Below are positions 12,557-23,010 of a DNA stretch of 64,000 nucleotides, piece after piece. Numbering within the stretch: the stretch's first letter is position 1; every line of letters starts with the position of its first letter. Origin of the DNA: Lama guanicoe (lineage: Eukaryota); NCBI GenBank assembly GCA_013239625.1, contig MU056000.1:12971175-13035174 (forward strand). Direction: 5' to 3'. The notes beneath the pieces were generated by a model. It did no database searches, was not told the origin of the DNA, and saw nothing but the letters and a program-made list of their open reading frames with translations. The translations under genes were made by a program, and so were the position numbers.

Positions 12557-14035
12557 ACTGTACAGAAAACTATGATGTTGGTAAAAAGAAAATGAAGACA
12601 ACACAAACAATTGAAAAGATATACTGGGCTCGTGAACTGGAAGAATTAATATTGTTAAAATGACCATACTCTCCAAGGCAATCTACAGATTCAATGCAAT
12701 CCCTATCAAAATACCAATGGCATGTTTCACACAACTAAAAAAAGGATTCTAAAATTTGTATGGAAATGTAAAAGACCCTTAACAGCCAAAACAATCTTGA
12801 GAAAGAAGAACAAAGCTGGAGGTATCATGCTCTCTGATTTCAAACTAGATTACAAAGGTATAGCCATCCAAACAGTATGATACAAGCACAAAAACAAATA
12901 TGGAGATCAATGGAACAGAATAGAGAGCCCGGAAATGAACCCACATTTACATGATCAATTAACCTACGATAAAGATGGCAAGAATATACAATGGGAGAAA
13001 AGACAGCCTCTTCCTACTGCTTTGTTCATTGCAGCATTATTCATAATAACCAAGTATGGAAGCAACCTAAGTGCCCATCCATAGATAAATGAATATAGAT
13101 GTGATATATATATATAATCAAAGAGTATTTAAAATATTTCCATTATATATATTAATATGTATCATATATAATGGAATATTATTTCAGCTATATAAAAGAA
13201 TGGAATCTTGCCATTTGAGACAACATGGATGGGCCTAAAGGATATTATGCTAAGTAAAATAATTCTAAGACAAATACCTTATGATTTCACTTATATGTGA
13301 AATCTAAGATGAATACAAATGAACAAAGATAACAAAATAGAAACAGAGTCATAGATACAGAGAACAAACAGATAGTTGCCAGAGGGGAGGAGGGAGAGGG
13401 GAGGAAAGAAAAAGATGAAGGAGAGGAAGTACAAACTTGCAGTTACAAAATAAATGAGTCACAGGAATGAAATGTGCTTTGTCAATATAGTCAAAGACTG
13501 TTTAACAAATTTTATGTGACGTTGCAACTAGACTTACAGTGACCATTTTGAAATGTGTAGGAATGTCAAATCACAATGTCATGTAACAGGAACTAACATG
13601 GTGTTGTAGGAAGACTATACTTTAAAACAAACAAGGAAGCAAACAAACTCATAGGAAAAGAGATCAGATTTGTGGTTACCAGAGGCAGGGGTGGAGTCGG
13701 GGGGATTGGATGAAGGTGGTCAAAAGGTACAAACTTCCACTTATAAGTTAAATAAGTACTAGGGATGTAATGTAAAACATGGTTAATATAATTAACACTG
13801 CTGCATGTTATATAGGAAAGTTGTTAAGAGAATAAATCCTAAGAGTTCTTATCAGTGGAAAAAATTTTTTTCTTTTATTTTGTATTTATGAGATGATGGA
13901 TGTTCACTAAATTTATTGTAGTCACAATTTCATGATGTAAGTCAAATCATTATGCTGAACACCTTAAATTGATACAGTGTTTTCAATAAAATTTCAATAA
14001 AACTGAAAGAAAACAAATTTAAAAAAAAGAAAAGC
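12557..14035 (+). mobile_element. L1MA9-like LINE-1 3' fragment with internal deletion and two-module 3'UTR
   Basis: ORF2 sequence ggaagaattaatattgttaaaatgaccatact...gcaatctacagattcaatgcaatccctatcaaaat. Jump near 13013 to tgttcattgcagcattattc. L1MA-type 3'UTR, AATAAA and A tail at ~13985-14035. Confidence 0.92.
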
Positions 14036-15129
14036 TAAAAATGATACTAAATAGAAGTTCAATAATGAAAAGGGCAATTGAAAGTTTTAATATGTATAAC
14101 TCGGATTAGTATTCTAATTTAAACATGCAAGATTAGACTTGCTAAATAATGCTTTTCTTCTACTTGAGCTGTAAGGCAAAGCAATTTAATGTTAATCTAT
14201 CATTTTTAACCAGCTTTACTTTTGGGATATTTAAAAATTTCTAACATGTTTGTTTTCCCTTGTGTTCTTTTTGCTCTTCAATCCTTTATTTTTCTTCCAA
14301 TTATATTAGCCAGATGGCTTACAAGGATCCAGTTCTCAACCTTATGATGCCTTCAGCTGCTCACTTGATCCAAATTTCTGATATTTAAGGGAAAAAAATC
14401 TAGTAAGAATAAAGATCAGATAATTATGTTTCACATTTAAATTAGTTATTTCTAAATACTTAACAAGCCACATATAAAAATAAGTATCAATAAATTGACT
14501 AATATTGGAGTTAAAATTTTATTTAGGGTCAAATGTCTTCAAGTGGACTTAAATTTAATGAACCATTATATATCCAGAAGTCAATATAAACTTTTTTTCT
14601 GAGATTGATTTTGGTGTAAATGTAAGCATAATCAGAGTAGATGTTGGCCTAAACTCCTAATCAATTCTTCCTATAAAATTGCTTGATTAATCAATCCAAT
14701 CCCATTGATATTATTAGGTTTCTCTTACATTTATTAAATAGAAACATAGCCTCTATCTAAGTTATCAATTCTGAGATATTGATTATCTTGTCTCACCTAT
14801 AACACATTAATTAATGTGCTTTTAAAAAAATATGTGTTAATATTTTCCAGGGCAGGGTTATTGACACATTTCATTTTCATTATGTCTTTCTTTGAAACTG
14901 TTTCTTTAATTGAACCTTAGATAGTTCATGAAATTTTTAAATAATGGATTTTGCTTATAATTTCATTAGCTATTATTAGCATGGGGATATGATATATTAC
15001 ATTATTCAAGTTTCTGATTTAGAATCATAAATATGTATTTACTTAGTCAAAACTCCTTTTATATAACATATAAATTTTATAGTTTTAACTTCTTTTGTTG
15101 CACTTATTTCTTGTAATAGTTATGTTAAA

Positions 15130-15176
15130 ATTTTTAATGTATCTTTTTATTGAAGTATAGTCAGTGTACAATGTTA
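15130..15176 (-). mobile_element. Very short L1 3' end
   Basis: tttttattgaagtatagtcagtgtacaatgtt is the reverse complement of an artiodactyl L1 terminus. Confidence 0.7.
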
Positions 15177-15678
15177 CAGTGAAGTCAGACTCATCTCTCC
15201 TCCTGATTGCTGCCTGATTCTTGGACCAATGTGGAGTTCAGTTATTAGAGAACAGGGAATTGCCTGTTAAGTAAGCAATCAGTCCCTGTCAACACTTGTC
15301 TCTTTGTCTAGCATTTCTGGGCAGAATTTATGCAATTCATGAAAAATAGAGCCCTCAAATTTTTCCAAGATCTTACTATATTTGACAAAATTGATTTGGT
15401 TTTCTTTTAATATGAATGGTATGAGTTCTATAAGATGGAACAAAGTACAAAATAATATGCAGGAAAAAATACATATGCATATTTGTTTACACAGGAAACA
15501 AGCCTATGAATACAAGAACGGTGGGGTAGGAGGGCTGTTAGTTCAGATTTAATTAACATAATCTCATCTCTTGCCCCATGAGGTGCTCGCTACATCTTTT
15601 GAATGGATTGAGTAGGAGGATGGGAGTTCTACTTGCGATAGACTTACAGAAAGGCTGTGTATTATTTTCCAAGGCAAC

Positions 15679-16150
15679 AGTCATAGGTCGGATTTCCCTC
15701 AAGCAGGCCCTGAAACACGGATTTATGTGAAAGTAATTTACTGAGACATTTCCAGAAAAAACCGTAGGGGAATCGAGAAGTGGAAGCACACATTGGAAAG
15801 AAGTCAAACAAGGGAGTGTTTTCAAGCTGAGTCCCACAGAGGGAAGTTTTGGCTCAGTCCCGCTGGAGAACTCTGGATTAAAGTCCAGTATCAGAGATGT
15901 CTAGACCAGGGACGGGTAACTAGGGTTCCTAGCCCACTACTCTCCCCAGTTTTGATAAAAAATGTGCCGGCAGAAGGAAGGCACACGCTCCCAGTCTCTG
16001 TGCTTCTCGGTTCACCTCAGAAAAGTGACATCCAAGGACAACTTTGCCATAAAGAGATGCGGGTGCCAGCTTTGGCAAGTGGTACACACCAGGGAGAAAA
16101 TATTAAGGTTAACAAAGCACATGTGGGACTAGTACTAACAGATTTGAGCA
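15679..16150 (-). mobile_element. LTR16-family (ERVL) solo LTR
   Basis: agtcataggtcggatttccctcaagcaggccctgaaacacggatttatgtgaaagtaattta matches the reverse complement of the LTR16 3' end. Confidence 0.75.
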
Positions 16151-16169
16151 GCAACTGGCGGTCACAGGA

Positions 16170-16510
16170 TGAGGATCACCCTTCCCTTTAAGACGGTGGT
16201 CTGGGACGGAACGCACAGTACCTCCGAGTACACCTGCGCTCGGTCTCCTCCCCACTCCACACCACGCCGTCACCATTGTGCCTTGTGCGCAAGTCTAAAA
16301 TCATTCCTCTATTTATTGTGTTACATAGCACCCTTAAAAATATTTGTTTATATTTATGTCTGTTTCTGCTGCCGGCTTGTAAAATGTCTTCTTGCAAAGA
16401 TGGTGTCTTAATGATTTGGAATCTCAGTTCTAGAAAAATGTATCATGCGTAGCAAATCTCAGAAAACGTGTATCGAAAGAAGGCATAATTATGAATCAAT
16501 AAATTAATAA
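16170..16510 (+). mobile_element. L2 3' fragment
   Basis: tatttgttta...tgtctgtttct...ttgtaaaa...ggtgtcttaatgatttggaatctcagttctaga layout of the L2 tail. Confidence 0.55.
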
Positions 16511-18574
16511 ATTAACGACTGAAATGTAACTTTAGAAAACCTGCCTGAGATAAACCAAGATATGGCTTTATAAAAAAATTTTGCCATAGCTAGTCTCAAA
16601 TTTCAGTAATTTCATAATTTACCCAGCTATGAAAAACACTCTGCTTGGTGGAACAATTTCACATCTGTTGGGATAAAAAAGCATTAACATGTTGACATAT
16701 ATTTATTTTTATCTTTATAATACTTTGTAGTAAAATTTTCCATATTATTTGTTCACCTTATTGAATCACCTGTTCACCTTACTGAATTTCACTGTGTCTA
16801 TACGGTTTTATTTCCTTTTAAAAAATATTTTGAATGGCTTAATATTGTTATGGTGTTGTACATAACACAAACTGAAAACAACTTATTCAAATTATGAATC
16901 AAAGAAGTCAGACAAGATTAACCACAGACAGAAGATTTCAGGTAAGAGACAAAGACATACATACAGATTTAACTCTCACTCCTGCTCTATATTCGTTCTC
17001 TCTCAGAATAAGTAAAAGAATAACTTTGGCTCCCATCAGACAGTAGATAATAAACAAAACCATCAGGCAGTAATTTGAAAAACTTATCTGGGAAATTTTA
17101 GATTTTTAGAGAGTCTTCCAATTTATATATATGGAAGACTCTCTAAAAAAAAAGAATATATATATATATATATTTTTTTTTTGAATGTTAGTAATTAATT
17201 AAGATGAGTGCTTTGGTTGAACTCAAGGTCTAAAGAAAGAAAATATTCATAATTATATGGCTATTATAACTTGGGGACCAAAAGCTGACAAATACAGCCT
17301 TTATTCATCATCACTTGTGAACAATTCTACCTTTCTAATAATACGGGTTTAGAAAGGTCACATGAAGTTTTTGAAAAGCAATTCCATCCTTCCCACCATA
17401 CTTTTTTTCTCCCAGATACACAAATTATTTAATATTAAGAAATATATTAATGGATTGTATTAAGGATAATAGTTATGAGAGAAAATAAAACATGTAACCA
17501 TCCTAATATATGATTAAAAGACACTTTTGTGAAAGATACATAAAAAATATCAATGGTGGTTTTCTTTTGTGGATAAAGTGATTTTTACTTATACGTTTTT
17601 TGTTGACCTGCTATATGTCTTGTTTTTTAACAAAGAATTTTCATTACTGTTAGTAGCAGAATAAAAATAATGATATAAGAAAAATATCCTACAAAGAGCT
17701 ACTTATTTTAATCTTGCTCTTAAACACAGGCCAGTTCAGGTGAGGCTTAGAGCCACCAGGGGCCATATAAAGTTGCTGGAACTTTAGGTGAACCAAAGAG
17801 GGGTATCCTGTAAGGCCATCCAAGGTAGCATTGCAAAATTTAAGGACCAAAATCAATACTAAGAAGTAAGCTAGTAAATTTATAAATGATTTGCCCTGCC
17901 ATCCCCATTCGTCTTGCTCATTTTTTAGTCTTCAATATCATTTGTAAAGAAAGAAAATTTTGCTGACCACTCTATCCATTGTATGGTTTTCAATAAGCAG
18001 TTGGAACCACGCAGCTTTGCTTTTTGTCATTTGTAGCATTAACCACAGTTTGACATTTATTTATTAAAAATTGAATGAATGTTAGATGGAAAAAGTGAAT
18101 GGATAAATACATAGATGAAGTCAAAATAGAGGGCCATGGGAAAAATGGATGGAATGGGAATAAAAAGAGAAACTGGTGTCTGAGACAGACATAGTTATGA
18201 GAAACAGTTCAACATAACATTCATTACTGAAAGAATAAAACAATAAACCTTGGGGAACTTCTCTTCAGTAGAATCCAGTGAATTTTATATAAAAATTTGG
18301 CAGCTTATAAGAGCTCATCAAGCTGGAAAGAAAATCAAGCAACAGTATATACTTCAAATCATTTGGTTAAGGCGCAGGGTAAGATCAAGGTAGAAATTGC
18401 TGGATGTCTAAAAAGCTGCAATATAATTAGTTGATATGTTTTTCTTGATTACTGTTGACTCTGAAAGCTTAATATTTTAAAAAATGACTAAAGCTAAGAT
18501 CAAGTATCTTCCAGAACATTAAGTAAATTTATTATTAGATTTCCTAATAAATCAAACCTATTATTTAACCATAT

Positions 18575-18760
18575 GTTTGATGAAATATTCCTTTCTATTC
18601 CTTCTTAAGAGTGGTATCACAAATTGTTGGTGAATATAATTGAAAGAATTGTCCATTTATTAGTTGGATCATGATGTTTTTCTTCTTTAGTTAATGTGTT
18701 GAATTATCTAAGATGTAAATCTTACCTTGAATTCCTGGGGTAACTCCAACTTTGCCTTTA
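18575..18760 (-). mobile_element. Ancient L1M ORF2 fragment
   Basis: attcctttctattcct...gttaatgtgttgaatta...ccttgaattcctggggtaactccaactt resembles antisense L1 RT-region sequence. Confidence 0.6.
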
Positions 18761-20184
18761 TGCTGGATCTGCTTTCTTGATTGTTAGTTCCTTTTAAAAT
18801 AGGCTCAATTCTAAGTCTGATATTATAAAAACTAGTAGTCTAAAAACACAAATTTAGTAAACATTATCACTTATAAAGCCTTTCCGACAGACTACCAATC
18901 ACGTGTAAAGAACCACACACCAATCAACTATTGATGAAATAAAAAGGGGTCATGTGCAACTTTCATGAAGAGTATCACCACCACAAAGCTAGATTCTGGG
19001 GAATGGCTTTTTGGGGGGAGATACGATTTTTTATATTTGTTTTGGTAATGCAGAATTAAAACAAAATAAAAATAACCACGATGAGCTTAAATTGTTTACA
19101 TTTTATGTGAGAAAGAACATTTTTTACTGACTTTTGCTCTGACTTGCAACTTCTCACAAAAGCAATGTGAACATTTACACTTTAAGACAATAATGCCACC
19201 AAAACTCTTCCAAGGAATGTGTAAGCTTTTTTTTCTGAGTAATATAAGTAACAATTGCTGAACAGATTCTCCACTACTAATTGTAATGACAGTTAATTTA
19301 TTTCCTCTTTTGTCTGGACCTAAAGTTGTGTAATTCATATTAATAGCGCATGATGAAATCTACACCAGTACTCTCTGAAGGAGTGGTACTATCCGGGGAA
19401 CGGCTTTGACTAGAAAATCTAGGTGGTACTTCAGCATCCCATTATCCTAGTCAGTATCCTCAAATACATATCACGTTGTAAATGCTTACTAATTTTTCAA
19501 TTTTGTAAAATGCAAACGTGAAATAACCTAAGAACAGACAAGAAAAGGGTAAAAGAGTTTTTCTATGCAAGTCATACATAAGAAAATGACTACCACCAGG
19601 AAAACCTTATTCATCACATTTTTGTGTGTGTTTAAACAACATATATTAGGTCTTTTTTTTTTAAAGAATAACCCTTTAATGGGAGCATCAAAGACAAATG
19701 ATTTTACTTGTTTGAAAACCTATTTTTGTCCATTTGTAAAGAAGAGAAAAATTTATGAATTTTTAGACACCAGTATTTGTATAATTTTATAGGCATTCAA
19801 CATTTTTCACTCTTAAGCTGTAAATTTATTTTAATGCAAATTAGTTAATATATCAGCTCTGAAACCATATCCATTATTTGAAACATCCCTTTCCCCTAGT
19901 TCTTTCTTTAAAATCTTATGCCACTTCTGTTGCCTGAGCTTAATTTAAAATCTGTGCTTGTTCATCCTCCCAATATTGTACAGCCAATTCCTAACCCCCT
20001 GGGTTTTTACCATTCTTCCCCCCACCCGACCCCAGTCTTCTATGTTATTTTCTCCAGGAGTGAATACATTGATGGAAAGGCTTTCCTTTAATTATTGACC
20101 TTGAACTGTGGAATGCATTAGAGAATGAGAGAAAAGCTTATGCGTCTGAAATGTTGCCCAGCTGTCATTTTCTGTAGGCTAAAT

Positions 20185-20335
20185 TAATGAGCATTGCTGT
20201 TTAGACACCTGGGTTATAGTTCCTGCTCTACAGCCAACTAGCTGAGTGACATTGATCCAAGCCCCCTTGGGACCTCAGTGCCTTCATCTCTAACATTAAA
20301 GATTTGTACTAAATTATCTCTAAGATCCTTAAATT
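20185..20335 (+). mobile_element. MIR-family SINE
   Basis: cctgggttatagttcctgctctacagccaactagctgagtgac...cctcagtgccttcatct core, with MIR3-like tail atctctaagatcctt. Confidence 0.7.
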
Positions 20336-20769
20336 TTTAATGGTTTTAATTATCAACTTCATTCATTTTTTAACTTCCCCTCTTTCGTCTGCCTTGGGGA
20401 TGTTGACACCTCCATTTCTGTGTAAATATCCTGTAGGATAATAAATAAAACTCAAATTTATAATTTTTGCTGCTCAGGGAGCTATGGTAAATAGCACTGA
20501 GTGTGGAGAATATTGAAATTAATGAGTAAAGTAGACTTTGTATTATCTGTGGATTTCATTTATTAAAGCTAATTCCTGCTTGTAGTGCCAGATCTTGACT
20601 GTAAAGTCACTGTACTATATTAGATACATGTAATTGCTCAGTTTATGATGAATGCCTTACCGTAAAACTAAATTAGCAATATGAGGATTGAGGTCTTTGT
20701 TTGTGATTTAGGCATTTATGAAAAAAAATAAAATCTTTATCTCACCTCCTCATATAGGTGCTGCCTTTG

Positions 20770-20965
20770 TATTTTGCTTTGCGTACTTATGTTAGTAATT
20801 ACCATATTACATGACAGTTGTCCAATTTCCTCTTATCTCCCTTGACTAGATTGAAATCCTCAATGGTACGAACTATGTCTTGTAAATCTTTGTTTCCTCA
20901 ATGTCTAGGGGAGTGTCTAGATGAAACTGGGAGCTTAAGACACGTTTTTTGAATGGGTGAATGAA
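20770..20965 (+). mobile_element. L2 3' end
   Basis: gactagattgaaatcctcaatggtacgaactatgtctt...tttttgaatgggtgaatga. Confidence 0.7.
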
Positions 20966-21099
20966 AATCCACTTCATAAAATAATTCAATTACACAATCC
21001 TAGTCTTATTTCAAATATACAGTGAAAATACACATGCATGTCAACTTGATTTTTTATGGTCTGTTCCGTCAACAGAATACTCAAGTGGAACGTTATTAT

Positions 21100-21350
21100 T
21101 ATTGGTGGTGGTGGTGGTGGTTAATCTGTAGCAGCGGAGAATACGACTATTAGTTCAAATTTGTTCTTCTGTTTTGATTTGTGGTTAAGGGACCGGAAGT
21201 TTTACCCACCATTGTTTCTGTATCATCAGAGCAATGCCAATTCAATGAAATAGGGAAATAACACATCGATACTGCTATGAGAATACTTCTGACTTTGGAG
21301 ACCCCATGGATGCATCTTGAGAAGCTTCAGGGGTTGAGAGCTGCTTGTCA
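21100..21350. mobile_element. MER113-like hAT-Charlie remnant
   Basis: gaaatagggaaataacacatcgatactgctatgagaatacttctgactttggagacccc resembles MER113. Confidence 0.6.
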
Positions 21351-21548
21351 AGTCATTAATCAAAGGTTACATGCATAGTAAAAGCGGTACTTAAGAATAT
21401 AAACTTGGCTTTATATGCCAGCCCTGTGTCTTAATTACTGTGTGGACGTAGGTAAATTTCTCCAAGATTCAAATTCTAATTTGCCAAATGAGAATGAGTG
21501 TTAAATCTATGTGTAGTGAATGTATGTCATATATTTGGCTCCAGAAAT

Positions 21549-21620
21549 CTTTTCATTAACTGAGATATAATTGACATAAACATTGTATTTGTTTAGGGGT
21601 ACAACACAATGATCCGATAT
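21549..21620 (-). mobile_element. L1MA9-like extreme 3' end (~70 bp)
   Basis: gagatataattgacataaacattgtatttgtttaggggtacaacacaatgat matches the reverse complement of the L1MA9-type terminus. Confidence 0.8.
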
Positions 21621-22345
21621 CTGAAGGCTAGAGGTGTCCACAATCATACGGGTTGCCTGATAGGTAGTGTGCGCCAGATTCCTTGCTGATGAGTCTGGGA
21701 CGTGGGGGCATCCAGGTAGTCCTCATTCTGGAACTCCCTGGCCAGTATGAAGAAACTCCAGGATCCCTGGAGATCAGGCTTCCTCTAGGAAGAGCAGGTG
21801 GGGCTGGAGCTCCTGGGACCTGACTGTGTCATTCTCTGAGCTCAGCATATCCCAGCCCATCCTCTCCCTGCCCTTCCATCAGGACCTGCACTAACTCCCC
21901 CCACACACCCAAGGTCACACAGTGCACCCTGCGGGCTCCAACTGTCCCCTGTTTGCCTTCCTGGGAAATCCCACACACCACCTACCTGAATCAGGTACGA
22001 GCTCTGTTCCCTGAGGTTAAAGAGGAAATAAAGGGAAAGAAAGAAACAAAAACTGAGAGCTTGACTTCTTATTGTGATGAAGAAACAGAAGTCTCCTTGG
22101 GGAACACAGAATGCCTTTCTATAGTAGCTGGAAATGCTAGATTTTTTTTCCCCACTTACTCAGTCTCCCTTTCAACTAGACCAGTGGCATCTAATGTATA
22201 CACTTCTGATCAGTTTATCTGTTCCAGATTTCAACTGTGCAGATAGTGATGGGGGAAAGAACTGGAAGCCTCACTCTGGGACAGGAGACGTAGTACTAGC
22301 GGTTAGGCTGCAAGGTGGAGTTCCCGGCACAGAGGTGAAGGACTT
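21621..22345 (-). pseudogene. Putative captured, unspliced gene fragment (three exon-like units); parent unknown
   Basis: GC-richer block not recognised as a repeat. Exon-like units 22234-22160 (75 nt, gtaagt donor), 22010-21986 (25 nt, long pyrimidine tract, gtaggt donor) and 21784-21650 (135 nt). Phases are compatible. Confidence 0.4.
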
Positions 22346-22701
22346 GGCTCTTGTAAATAGTGCTGTTGTGAACACTGGGGTGTGTGGGTCTCTTCCAATT
22401 AGTTTCCTCCGATATATGTCCAGGAGTGGGATTGCTGGATCATATGAAGAACCTAGTTTTAGTTTTTTAAGGAAACTGTGCTGCTTTCCATATTAGTTGC
22501 CCCAAACTACATTCCCACCAAGAGTGTAAGAGGGTTCCCTCTTCTCCACATTGTCTATATTAAAAAAAATATGAAAAGGAATATAAATATACATGTATAT
22601 GTAAATACATATAAAACTGAATAACTATGCTGTACACTAGAAACTAACATTGTAAATTGACTAATTTTAAAGACTAAAAGTGGAATTAACAGAAAAAAAG
22701 G
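22346..22701 (+). mobile_element. 5'-inverted (twin-primed) L1
   Basis: Antisense ORF2 C-terminal segment (22346-22552) joined to a sense 3'UTR end (22553-~22680). Direct repeat gaaggactt at 22337-22345 and 22702-22710. Confidence 0.7.
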
Positions 22702-22849
22702 GAAGGACTTTTATGTTGATATGGGTAGAAGTTGCAAATATACTGAAGTTGCTGATGTAAAATTGTATAACTGCAGCTTCTAATGCTCGACTACATCAGT
22801 TCTTTCTTCAGCAGTGAGCTCTGCTCATAGTTTAGGGAATTATTCTTGA

Positions 22850-23010
22850 AAGTTCAGGCCTTGAGTCTGCTCTCCAGTTCTCCCAGCAATTCAGAAAGCT
22901 ACTGGGTGTCCTTAAACAGTGTCTGCATCTGGTGCTTGTAATCACATCCTGGGGAGTAAGACATCTCAGACAGTGGTGAACTTAAATGAGATAAACTATG
23001 GAAGAAATCC
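22850..23010 (+). mobile_element. Degenerate MIR
   Basis: tactgggtgtcctt (core-like) and ttaaatgagataa (MIR tail). Confidence 0.5.

Noticed and set aside
12277..12663. 128-aa ORF
   Set aside because: Low-complexity AT-rich sequence running out of frame into an L1 fragment.
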